Assembly: GCA_951406725.2 (NCBI GenBank)
Contig: OX597815.1
Span: 154,380,001-154,444,000, forward strand
From: Octopus vulgaris
Taxonomy: Eukaryota
Length of the DNA: 64,000 nt
Direction: 5' to 3'
The translations under genes were made by a program, and so were the position numbers. Below the pieces are notes generated by a model that was given only the letters and a program-made list of their open reading frames with translations, made no database searches and was not told the origin of the DNA. Numbering within the stretch: the stretch's first letter is position 1; every line of letters begins with the position of its first letter. Below are positions 1 to 12,390 of this stretch, piece after piece.

Positions 1-2
1 CC

Positions 3-1065
3 GTCATATACAAGGCTTAGGTAACAGCAATAGGACCAAATGAGAAACCAAACTTGCGAAAGTACGTGGAAGCAGCTGAATGTCCTTTCAGAACCCGTTA
101 TACCAACCACATTTCCTTCTTCAAATCTCAGAGAGATGCAACGCCACAATTCTGACAAAGCAGGCATAGTCATTGACAGAAAGCACCACCGGGGACAGCA
201 TAACCTGGAGGATTCTAGAGATATGTATAGCGTACTTCAGTAGCAGCAGGAAGTGCAGATTATACCTGGCTGAGAAAGAAAGCGATTTTATAGAGCTCTC
301 AGCACTCAGACATCTACCTGAACAGGAGACATGACATTTTTAATCTTTGCTCACATGAAAGGAGGTACATCCTATCATAGCTACGTGCCCCATCGCGACT
401 GTAATCACCACTACCTCAGCTTTGCTGTTTATAGCTGGAGATCCGACAAAGAGTTTGACCAGACCATACACAAACTCACACGCCCTAACACGCACTCACA
501 AACTCACACGCCCTAACACGGCGGACATCCACTCAATAGACCATTTTCTACCCCACCGCGCAATATAATACCCCACACATATTGTACCCCTATACACATC
601 GCATACATAGATAAACACCACAACAATTTAACCAAATCATAACAGAGAGAAAACACACTAACGAACAGTGATGTATATGCGGACGTTGGACCCCCTCACC
701 CGCAAACGCTATACATATTCCAGTACACACATTCCATTTTTACAAGAGCACCAACCTTAAAGGTAAATACATTTCCCATAATCTCTTTTCCAGAAAACTC
801 TTGCCAACTTGCAACAGCCGCTTTCAGTGCCAAGGGACATAACTCTTAACTAACACTTGCTCAGTTCGTTTAATCGTTTTTTTTATCACAGCAACCACAA
901 ACCAGATGTATCTGTTCACGTTCAATATTAGAGAACAGTCGTCATATGACATTTCATAACTGCTATTTCTGAAGAGTATAGGGGTACATAACTGGACAGT
1001 TACCTAACATTCCGTTGAGCTCTTAGTGCGAAATCGATTGGCAAGATCGACCGTAATGGATATAT
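3..1065 (+). mobile_element. Penelope-like element, 3' part: decayed GIY-YIG endonuclease C-terminus plus 3' terminal repeat region
   Basis: Manual translation from nt 3: VIYKA*VT...RKYVEAAECPFRTRYTNHISFF, then SITWRILEICIAYFSSSRKCRLYLAEK.AIL...YLNRRHDIFNLCSHERRYIL. This fits the PLE pattern VY.A..YIG..E..F..RY.NH..SF / W.IL..C.LCL.EK..I / LNKR.E..C.H. Stops and frameshifts present; ends at a TA-rich tract. Confidence 0.85.
962..1060 (+). ncRNA. Degenerate type I hammerhead ribozyme with extended stem II
   Basis: CTGAAGA at 969-975. Stem II GTATAGGGG/CTCTTAGTGC closed by G-C, with inner hairpin TAACTG-GA-CAGTTA. GAAA at 1030-1033. Imperfect stem III ending in GTA; stem I poor. Confidence 0.55.
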
Positions 1066-2440
1066 AATACAGTACGATTCGATTAATATATGCATATATA
1101 TATATCACCGGCATGCACTTATATTTCCTACCTCAAACTTAAATAAATTTCCAGTAGTATACGAGAGTTTCTTGCTAGTGACTATAACTTCACCACGGAT
1201 ATTTGCAAATAGAAAAAATAAAATTTATATCGAAGACGAAATATATTTATGATTGACCGAAATAATATCAAAAATATTTTAAATGTAGATTTCATGTCCA
1301 TACTGTTTACTTTGAGGATTGAGAGAGGAGTTACGTACGCGTATAACAATGAATGCTTTCCCGTTTCGTCTCAATATAGAGATATTCCAGAAATTGAATT
1401 TGCAGGATTTTGCTTCGAAAATGAGAATATAAAACATGAAAAGAATAAGAGACTATAAAATTTGGTCTACCATTTACAGATATCAAATTAAAGATATTGA
1501 TTGTACGCGTGAATAAAGCCTTGTCACATTTTCATACGAATGTTGCGGAGACAAAGCATTTTAAAAGACTGGAATAAGGAGTAAGGAATCTCGCAGCAGT
1601 GTATACGAAAAATATGTAAAAATATAGAAAGAACAGGGTTAAATTAATTTGCCTTCTCACATGCGCGCGTACTCACACACAAATGTAAGTATGCACATAT
1701 GTACACACACAATTATATAAGGAAATACATACGTGTAACACATTTAATCACATATAGAAATATATTCCTATACGTACGTGTACATTTATATATACTTACA
1801 TAGTCATATGTACATGTATGTGTGTGAGTGTATGCGTGTGTGTGAGTGTATGTGTGTGTGTGAGTGGTGTGTGTTTGTGTAAGCGAGTGCAAGTATAGGT
1901 TTTAAAATATGTTTTCGTAAAACTACGAATGTCATAACACTACGAACATCGAGTAATACACTCAGTAGAAGTGCAGAATTTAATATTTATCACACATCTT
2001 TGACTGAAGTTTTGTTATTGGCTATCATTCGGACTATATATTGTATTATTTCAATTGTTTCCGTCAGTGGCCAGCAGCCATGACGGACTTCACAATCAAT
2101 GTTCATTTTTTATTTTTTCCTTTTTCTTCAGTCGATCAAATTGCCACAGAATATCTTTTATTTCAAACAAATATTATCTGTTTTTTTCTTTGACGAAACG
2201 GAAAAAAAGCTACACCTGACAACCACAATTTGTAAACGGACCAAAAAAAAACATGCAAGACAATGGGCTTTGTATATTTATTGGGAACCAACATTTTTCT
2301 TACAGGTAGACCAGAATAAATAAAATAAAATAAATGAAGGTAACATACATTCACAAACACACACATATACATACATACCACTAAATATACACATATATAT
2401 AATAAAACAAAGAATATTCTTTTACATACCTGTACATAAA

Positions 2441-2444
<4 letters not shown>

Positions 2445-2472
<28 letters not shown>

Positions 2473-2712
2473 CAGGCTCGGGAGTGGTTGTGTGGTAAGT
2501 AGTAGCTGCTGCAAAGCTAGGCTTTTGTCTCTTGGGTCCAATGGTGGTTGTTGTTTGAGGTAATATTTCTTACATATTTCTTACAGGTTTATGTTGCGAA
2601 TTTGCTTTTGTTAGAAGCCAGCTTCTTCCTCCCAGGAAGAATTCAAATAATTAAACATATACATACATACATACATACATACATACATACATACATACAT
2701 ACATACATACAC
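2445..2712. repeat. (TACA)n microsatellites flanking a SINE head and a retroelement 5' fragment
   Basis: TACA tracts at ~2445-2470 and ~2660-2710; they account for the MYVC/HTYI-repeat ORFs. Confidence 0.9.
2474..2600 (+). mobile_element. SINE family A head fused to a 5'-UTR fragment of the ORF1-only element family (see 45911)
   Basis: GGCTCGGGAGTGGTTGTGTGGTAAGTAG matches the SINE A heads at ~23820 and ~58068 (minus). The following CTTTTGTCTCTTGGGTCCAATGGTGGTTGTTGTTTGAGGTAATATT aligns by eye to 46004-46055 and 48006-48060. Confidence 0.6.
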
Positions 2713-5700
2713 CATCTAAAGCAGAATTTTCATTATTTGTATATTTAGACAATGACACTTTTCAGGGATTTCATGCTTCATATTTTCATTCAGTTTAGAA
2801 TTTTAAAATGAATGAAACATGACTTTTTTTCTGTAAGGGAGATCAACTACAGAAACAAATCTGTACATTGTTTACGTCATGAGAATTTAGAAGCTTTATG
2901 AGACATGGAATAAAGTGTTTTTAAGAATGTAATTTGAAGCATATAAAGATATAAATTAAGGGGGGAAATATTGGGTTGAAAACCCCTTGGATGGAATGAG
3001 TCGAAGGGGTTTTTAACTCAATATTATATGCTTTGAGTTCCTTTGGAAAAAGCGATTTATAATATACTAGCTTAAAAGCTGCACTCCACGCGGTATTTAA
3101 GTTGGCTTCTGTGTAAGGCTAATTAGGCCTCCGGCCCCAAAATAAGGAGGCTAATTAGCATGACTGTAATATGTCTACAATAATTATATGCTCCTGTGGT
3201 GTTTGATCAGAGGTTAAGGACGGATGAGAATCAATTCTGTTATGCAATCATTGTATTGTTTCAGTCCCAGGTTGAATTCCAACTGTTGGCCAATTTTCCC
3301 AAAGTTGTTATTTACACATAAAATGTCATTTTCTCCATCCCCTTCATCTCTGACGCCATCTGACAAACGCCAAACATAATGGCATGAATTAGCAAAGATT
3401 TACCTGCTAGAAATAGCAACCCAAATGCTTTTAAATTAGATTTCAACGCTGGATGTTCAAGAACCAAATACAAGGCAGATTTTCACACCTAGGATCATCC
3501 TGATTCCCAAATGGTATATGTCTACGTAGAGCAAATGTAGACTGAAATAGAGGGGTCCCAGTCAGACAAACAAAATTTCGCCTTTATTATTATTATTGAT
3601 ATATTTGTGTGCGTCTGTGTGTATGTGTGTGTGTGTGCATTGTGTTGAGAAAAATTTGCTTTAATTATGTCTATCACTTTACTCGATATTCACTAAATGT
3701 CGAAATGATACGTCCAAGGTTCAAGTGTAATAAATAACTTTGCAGGATATTGAGATTTTGTCACAATCTTAACTCGCTTACACAAGCTAAAAAGAAAAAA
3801 AATCGATCTTCTTGAAGCAATCGACAATTCCCGTGCTATACAAATGCAAAAGAATGTAATTTGAAACTTGCCATATTATTTACAATGGTATATTTGTAGA
3901 CTTTTTTTCTTTTGTTTCCATAGATTTAATAAATTACTTACGGAATAAATTACTTAAGGAATAAATAACGGAAATTCAGATAACGAACGTTGTAGCAGAT
4001 CTCTCCTATTAAGTAGCTGTAGGGCATGTGTTTTCTCTTGTCAACAACTGTTAGGCAAGCATATAAAGTAGAAGATATTTTCCTATCATACCTATCACTA
4101 AGATAATTTTTAATTAAAATTATTTGCGAATTATTCGATATTCATGTTGGGTAAATGATTCAGCGCCAACACAATTGAATATTTTTTACTTTGAGGCTAA
4201 ACTTTACTGATAATATGGATTTGAGGCTTCAAGAGAAATACAACTCTTTGTGGTGAAAGTATAACGTACGTTCAAAACGTAGAGGGAGAATTGAAATGAA
4301 ATGTCAGACTTACCAGGATTTGAGTTAAAGTATTTTTTAAAACTAATCTATTGACGGATTCTGCGTTCGAATAATTGTTGTCAAACATTAACACCATTTT
4401 AATAAAATAAAAATGTAATGAAGATTTTAGTCGCATAATATTAAAAAAAAATATCGGTAAGGTATAATTATATTGTGTGTCGTTCATATGCTGGTATAGT
4501 TTAGTTTTTAAAAGGATCACTCAATTAAAAGTTGTCACGTTTTATAACACTTGATGCAATGTATTCTACTCTGAAAGTAAATATTTTAAACAATAACCAA
4601 ATTATATATTATATATTCTCATTCATCTTAAATTAATTTTATGATGCTTACAAAAGTTTACGAATCCGAAACTGATCTTCGAAAGAAGTACTTACAAGAA
4701 ATAAATCCATTAAATTCGTTCTTCGCTATTGATCTTTAACTTGAAAGTCAATTTTAGGTTTCTATACGTTATTTCTCTTGATTTAAGTAGGTATAAATCA
4801 TACATAAGCACGCAACCATAATTATATTTTAAAAATATATAAATCTAAGGTCAAAAGAAGTGTTAAAATGCATATGTCAATCTACTAGTAGGCAAAAATC
4901 CTTTGACCGAGTTATACATTCAAAGTATCTGCAGAAATGCCTAGAAACATTTGTGTTTTTTAATTGTTGTATTTGTACACACTTCGATATCTTATAAGTT
5001 TGTCTACTTTAGTATCTTAAATGTAGGAAACAAAAATCTTAATACGAGCACGTTTCGTCACTATGTTAATTTATTGGAACAATAACGATTTAAGTCTTAC
5101 AACTTCTGGGCCATTTCTCCAATTGAATTTATTTAACTGCATTGATTTCCTATCAATAAAATTGAATTATATCCATAACAATAAAACTAACAACGTTTTC
5201 ATCCGTAACAACAATATTGTCTTGTTTAATCGATAAGTTTGTATGTAGAGGGTAAAGGCAGTTCATGGAGATCATTCTGTCATTTTAACATTTATACAAA
5301 TAACAACTGTAGAAAATAAAATAAACATATTTTAACAAACCTGCGAAATCATGGACGAGTGCCTACTCATACTATGACGTATGCCAATAGATGTATGTAG
5401 ACACAATCAACCAGTTTCTGACTGATCTAAAATGCAAATAATCGTTGATAGTTGAGGTAATAAGGCGATGGATGAGTGGTGATTCACTCGTGTCTCTTAA
5501 CTGACGTTGCACTTGAAATTTTCACACGACACTTACGCCTCTGCTGTCCAGTTATGACTATCGCAGATCACCAGATACCGAGAGACCAGTCAGCTATATT
5601 ACTGAATTAAAATTATTCTATAGGCAGTTCTGTTGCTTAACGTTGGAATTCTCTGTGTGATTTAATTACCAGTAAATCTTTGATAAGTTCCAAGAATACG

Positions 5701-8700
5701 AAATAATATTGGCTGTGTCGATAACATTTCGGACAGGTAGCTATACTGTTCGATTTCGTCATTTACATATCGACCGAGTCAATATACTTTGGTTCGTGTT
5801 AAATGCCCACTACAACTAGAGTATAAAGGTTCACAGCAATAAGACATTGAGTATTGAAATTAGTATCAATGAGACTGCTCCCTCCAATACAACTAGTAAT
5901 ATTTAGGGTAACTGAGCTAAAGGCCTACAGCAATTATTAAGATAATTGCTTCAACCTTTCTTTGTTTAAAACATTCACCTCTTCGATCTTAATATTATTC
6001 CTATTTGAACCTAGAATTTTCAGAATTCATTTCTTTGGTAACCTGTTCCTTTCCTGGTCTTAGGGTAGAAACACACTTTCATGACTTGAATTCTTATGTA
6101 CAGCCTTTGATTGTCTCAGATTTTGCCCGTAGAAAACCAAGAAGCTCGATTTCGACGTTGACTTTCAGGATCAGATAAAGTCACTATTGGTAACTTCAGT
6201 ATGTGACACAGTTTTTCTTCTTGATATAATAAATTTATTGCATACTGTACCAAGCACGTTTGGAAATATTTCATGTTATTAGCTACTTTTGAGCACATTT
6301 AAATTAAAATACTATGTCATGACATTACCGACTGTAAACTTTATGCAGCCACATATATTGTATTAAGTATGCAGCAGAATAAATTAGATCCTTTGTGATC
6401 CTCTCCACGTCGATATAAAAGCAATCAAAGAAAGCTATTTCATAAATATCAAAAGTCATACTCCGGTATATTTTGGAATAAAATGTTTAATACAAAGCTG
6501 AGATATCCCATGAACAATACATAATCTCAGTAATTATTTCTAAACTTAATAGAAATTCATCTGGTAAATTCCGTTCGTCAATACGAGGGAATTATTTCAA
6601 CAACTTGTTGAAACTGCCTGTTGCCAAAATAATGTACTGTCAGATTCTGTCGTGTCATCCTTTATCTTCAAACTCTATCTACAGATACCTCTGCATTCAA
6701 AACTTATGCCCACAACTTCATAGCTAGTTGTGCAGTTAAAAGTCCTTTACGCAACAACATGGCTTCGCGTTCTATCTCGTGATGCAGCATTTGAGGTGAG
6801 TGTTATTTTAAGATTTGGTTGAATGAATTATCGGGAGGTTTATTGGAGGAATCGTTCTTATTCTTGATTGGTAGGCATGGTTTGTCATCAGTTCTATATA
6901 CCAGGAGGAATATGAATGCAATTAATAGAGTCAACAATACTGCACTGTTGCAAGCATTCAGTCCTGGTCTCAATTTTCTCCCTTCTTCCTATCGATCCCT
7001 AATACATTCCTTAGCTGATGCACTCTCCTCTCTGATCAAACTTCAAAGACGACAAGAATAATACAAAATGACTTAAATGCTTCGATGAGAATGTCACCAC
7101 AGTTTACTAAACAATATTGTGTTTATCTTCTTAGAACCTTTGGTGATTGTTTCTAAGATCTTAGCATACTGAGACATGTTATCAGTCGTTGTAAATACTG
7201 GGTTCTAATGGAGAAATACAAGCCTGAATCATGTTTGTAAGCTGGGATAATGAGACTCCTATCACGACGATAATTTTGCATAACGAAGTAATTGTACTTC
7301 TTGCAGAATCCTAATTGTACGAAATTATGCATTATCAACGAATCGATATGGAATTTATTGTTGCTGTATTTTTCTAAATATGAAGCTTGTACCGAAAAGT
7401 TAATTCCCTCTGATTTTATATCCAGTTAATGCTGTTTTATAGCAATTGCGACCGATGATGTTTTCGGTAAACTCAAATTCATTGCATATCTCATTTTATT
7501 TCTAGGACATGGTATCACTTCAGTTGTTATGGATATTTCACAATAATTACACCTGCAAGGTTTTAGAACGGGTATAAACACCTAATCTTCCCACGTATGA
7601 GACAGCAAAATAGAGAATCTTTGTTTCTATTCCATTAAAAACCAATATCATTTCGAAATAGAAAACTCATAAAGTATGTGCATCATTTTGGGCAATTATA
7701 TGTGATATAACAAAGAAGAGAAAATCAAAATAACAAAATTGAATCAGTTGTATCCGAGCTTAACAAACTTCCAATCACCTCTTAATTTCAAATGTTCGCT
7801 TGTGACAGTTAAACAGCTTTCACTTTCCTTCTCCCTTCCTACGTTCAATGTTTTTCCTTTGGGAAACAATGTGCCTTCAAGAAAACACGAGTAAGATTTA
7901 CCCCCATGAATGTAACACAAGGCTTCCAACGTGTGGTTATTTAGAGACTCGACAATTTTCATAAAACGCCCGAGCTTAATGATTACACACGTTCATTCAT
8001 TATATAAAACGTGTCTACATCTAAATTAATTGTGAATTAGATTCTGCAGTAGTGTGTGCATACTATCATCTTTAGACAGAGAATTCAGATTATGCAAGAT
8101 TTGATATTTCGTCCTATTCTCATCATAGAATTGGTAAATTATTAGATATATTAGATTAACAAGGCATCAGTAAAAAGTGATAGTTGTAACTGACTAGATT
8201 GCTCCCAGTATGTCACTGATACATATTTTGTGTACGAGAAATGAGCATGTGGATTAAGTTGAAACACCGACTTCTCAGCAAAAGCAAAGAACCTGGTAAG
8301 GACTGTTCTTTCAACAGCATGTGATCTCATTAGTTTTGTTCAATATAATGGATAACAAGATTAGTGCAATGTCAAACACGATTGTCCCGTTGAAAAATCT
8401 CACTTCTCATCATTCTATTTGCTAATTTACTCACTTATTTCAAGTCTACTCCCTAATGTTACACTGAATTTCCTGACAGACAGATAACATTTCTCGAGAT
8501 ATTGAGCAATTGTAGGCACCGTTTGGGACGTTACGGATCATTTTTGCTGGACTTAGTAGAAGTTTTCTGCAGTATATTTACTCTCAGCGTGAGGTCAGGT
8601 TTTCTAGTTAACTATTGCGGATTTCTTTTTGTCACTGTTTCAAAGGTTCCAATAATATATCAGCAGTTTTTAACTTCTCGGTTCAAGCAAATAAGTATTT

Positions 8701-9103
8701 TATGCGCAGGGCGATACAATGCTCTACTTTTTCTTTTCTTTTCTTTATACTCTTTTGTAATTGAGAATGTCACACCGATTACAATTAATGATTTCACCTT
8801 CCAGATGACTACAATACCCAGCCTTTTGTTTTCCAGTCTTTTTACGTTTATATAAGCAAGTCCTTCAAGTTTCTTCGTCATTTTCGGGGCCTTGCATTTT
8901 GCCCCACCAAATGTTTGGATTTGAGCTGAAATATATTGCCTGAATGAAAGCATCATCCTGTATTCCAACAATATATTAACAGCTTCGTTTTCAAGGGGTG
9001 CAAAATCAAATTTTCAATGCATTCGAAACCAAATTTCCTCTAAAAGTATCGACGCATAGAGTGGGCGAAACGTCACGGACCAAAACATTTGATGGCACAA
9101 AAA

Positions 9104-11055
9104 TGTGCCAAAGGCTCAAAGGCGCAATATGAATAACTTTGTTAACAAGGTATACGAGCCCTGATCAATAAGTATCCGTACTGTTGCCGTAGTAACGACA
9201 CTAAAGCGCGCAGAGTAAAGCTGCTTTCCAAAGATTGACCTTGACCTCTGCTGTGTGTGTGCACTAAGTTTTAACGTTCTACCTTACTTTCGCTGTTTAC
9301 AGCAGTGCTTCGAAGTAACGTGTGTTACGTGTTATCGACGCATTGACCAAGATGGATAAAGTTCTCATGGCGATACCTGCTCAGAGGCCTACGCAAAGTT
9401 GCAGAATGTGTATGCATGTACAGGAGTGTATGAGCCACACATAAGTGTACGAGTGGTTCAGACGTTTCCAAGAAGGCCGAAAAATGTCGATACTGATGAA
9501 CGCTCTGGGAGACCCGCAACCAGCAAATCGGAGAAAAACATCGCAGATGTGCGAGCAGCTGTGAGGGTAAATCGTCGAATCACCTTCCGTGAGTTATCAG
9601 TCTGTGCAGATTAGTTATGGTTCACTTCAGTCCATTATCAGTGACGATTTGGGTATGAGATGCGTGTCTCCTAAGTTTGTGACAAAACTGCTTTCAGCTA
9701 ACTAAAAAGACACTCAGATTTAAGTTGCACAAAAACTTCTTGATTCTGTCGAGTATGATGAAAAGTTTTTGAAAACTATGCGTAGGCCTTTGAGCAGGTA
9801 TCGTTAATCTGTTAGCAAAATTTAATGCAGATTCTCTGCTCAAGTTTCCTTGTCATGATCAATGCAACGATCATAGGCTGCACACGTTCCTTCCAAACAT
9901 TACTGTAAACAGCGAAATTGAGATAACACGTTAGAACTTAGTGCGCATGCACAGCAGAGTCTAAGGTCTATCTGTGCCAATCAGCGTCAGTGTCCGTGCT
10001 TCTGCCCCGTTACTATAGTAACAGTCCGGATACTTATGGATCAGATCACGTATCTTGCTTGCTTTAAAATAGCACTTGGAGAACAGAACAAAACATAGGC
10101 TCCCTACTATGTTGAAACTTTGTGATCATGGTCTGAATGAATGGATTCGAAGCTCAACTTTGGTGTGCCGATGGTTTGGAGAGAAGTAACAAACCATGTG
10201 GGTAACTGCTAATTCTCCCTTGTTAAAGTAAAAGGGTTCAACACGAAAACCAAGCGACACTTCCAGTACCCAGACATCCCCTCTGTCCCTTAACCGGTTG
10301 CACTCTCCGGGGAAATACCTGTGCTTGTATTTATTGAGCTGCAACAGACTAATGGTGAAGCTCTCAGTTCACTTACTACTGATGAAGATAATCAGTTTAT
10401 GCTATGTGATAAGGGTTGTGATAATTTCTCTCTGTTTAGTCAACCTGAATTGAATGATGTGGTCAGTGATTTGTATTTGCCAGAGGCTGCAAGAGGAAAG
10501 ACTACTGAAACCTGGCACTTATGTCTCATTTTATCATAACTGAGCAGCAGAACTATGGAAGTTCATATATTCACATGGTCAGCTTGTTTATTGTAATGAT
10601 GTTGAAGGGCTTCTTCTCAATTTGGGACTGTTGGCATATGATTCACTAAGCGGAGACTTTTTTATTGACAGCTCTAAAAGCAACTTGCAACATGTTTTAC
10701 TTCACAACAGGAATTTGTATGGCTCAATCCCAATGGGACACGCACTAAAAAGAAAAGCCGACAGCTATCGAGAGATTGTGGAGGAGCTGCTCTTGAGTTT
10801 GCAAGCATGTGGATGTAGAATTGGCATTTAATTGCACTCCTAACACATTCACTTAGGTTTGTGTCTAGAGAAGCTGCGTGATGTTAGAGGAGAACAAGTC
10901 AAAAGCTTTCATCAAGATCTAAAAGTAATGGAAGAATGCTACCAAAGCCGATGGGACTGAAACATGATGGCAGATTACTACAGGAGCTCGATGAGGGGCA
11001 TTCCAGAAGCTGTGTACTAAAGATCTTAAAAACAGAGGAAGTTCTTACAGTAATA
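9104..11055 (+). mobile_element. Decayed Chapaev3-like (CMC superfamily) transposase, interrupted by a mariner derivative
   Basis: QRRNMNNFVNKV|YLACFKIALGEQNKT*AP (cf. AYFG.KLGDQDK.WAPH), FGVPMVWREVTNHVGNC*F, FSQPELNDVVSDL, FFIDSSKSNLQHVLLHNRN, EQVKSFHQDLKVMEECYQSRWD..MMADY. Family name from recalled motifs. Confidence 0.75.
9155..10050 (+). mobile_element. Non-autonomous mariner derivative (896 bp) with very long inverted repeats and TA target duplication
   Basis: TA|CGAGCCCTGATCAATAAGTATCCG ... CGGATACTTATGGATCAGATCACG|TA. Arms stay complementary for ~240 bp. Centre encodes mariner HTH remnants (VYEWFRRFQEG, DERSGRPATS, ISYGSLQSIISDDLGMR). Confidence 0.9.
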
Positions 11056-11309
11056 ACATGAGCAGAATGATTGATCAAAATACAGAGATTTTGTATTCAA
11101 ATTCTATTCTCAAGCTTAATTCTTACGTGCAAAGGTGCATTTACCCCGAGTCGACTTTCCTCCTTTCGTGGCGGTTAAAATAATTACCATTTGAGAACAG
11201 GGGTTGCTCTTAATGGTTACAACAACAAACTCCTCTGACAGCAGGCTGCTGTCTTCTTTCACTGACTCTACCAGAAAAACAGGACCAAACGTTCTGAGAA
11301 GTAAAATAA

Positions 11310-11368
11310 CAGCAGCAGCAGTAGCGTCAGTGGCCGCAGTAGCAGCAGCAACAACATCAACAACAATA

Positions 11369-11442
<74 letters not shown>

Positions 11443-11457
11443 AAGAAGAAGAAGAAA
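11310..11457. repeat. Compound (CAG)/(CAA)/(AAT)n/(AAG)n microsatellite
   Basis: Direct reading; source of the poly-I/L/R/F ORFs. Confidence 0.95.
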
Positions 11458-12385
11458 AGCACTCAGATAGCGCAAACTTCCATCAAGGTAGCATCAAAGT
11501 CCTCTCAACGATTAGCCTGAGATGATTTTTAAAATAAGAATATCTGATATAAACTCAACTGCTCACACAAACGAGAATACTAAAAATGAACCCGACTGCT
11601 CTCAAAAATTAAGTAAAAAACAAAACAGGAAAATAATCCAGAATCATTGTCCAGTACCTGAACGATCACAATGGTAGTCATGGAATGTGAAGGTGGCTGT
11701 AGAAAATTTAGTAATAATAATAAATAGTTTATCCTTATCTAATACAAGCCAAAGTTAACAAATTCACTATTCAAAATAGTTTCTAAGGCAGAGGTAATAA
11801 GTTCTACTCGGGAATTTTTAAATGAATTGCATGTGACCTTTTGGTTTTCTCTTCTCTTAAGTTCCGGCTTTTATTTGTATTCCTGTTGTTTTAGATCGAT
11901 GTATAGATGTATGTATATATGTAAGCATTCTGTAAAGTATCAATATGTATGTATAGTATATAATGTATATATTATAAAAATATGTTAATGTTATTTAATT
12001 TCTGAACCGTTTTAGTGCCGTTTGTTTATGTAGTTTGATTTCTTTATCCATCAGTTCCTATTAAGGTAGAGACGCGAATAAAATTAATAATAGTGTAACG
12101 AAAATAAACTTTGGAAACTGCCTGAAGGAAGATAATTGAGAAAGACTTGGAAGCCAACGTAAGATCATAATCCTGTAAAATAAATATAACAAGTAATCCA
12201 GAATCCCTGTCCGGTACTAGACTGATTTCCAAATTTTGTCAGTTCGTGCCAGTCACGAGGCCAAACATCTCTGAAAGTTTCATCCGAATCCATTGAGCGG
12301 TCCTTGAGATATCTTGTCCACGATCAAACAAACAAATACGACTGAAACAAGATCTCCCGCCTTCGCTAATGCAGAGATGATAATA
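11456..12385 (+). mobile_element. Probable non-autonomous Helentron/HINE-like element, possibly carrying an internal insertion
   Basis: 5' AAGCACTCAGATAGCGCAAACTTCCATCAAGG; two copies of TAATCCAGAATC..TGTCC.GTAC (~11635, ~12195); AAAGTTTCATCCGAATCC, (AAAC)n, and 3' hairpin ATCTCCCGCCTTCGCTAATGCAGAGAT. Layout resembles DINE/HINE elements. Confidence 0.5.
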
Positions 12386-12390
12386 ATTTA

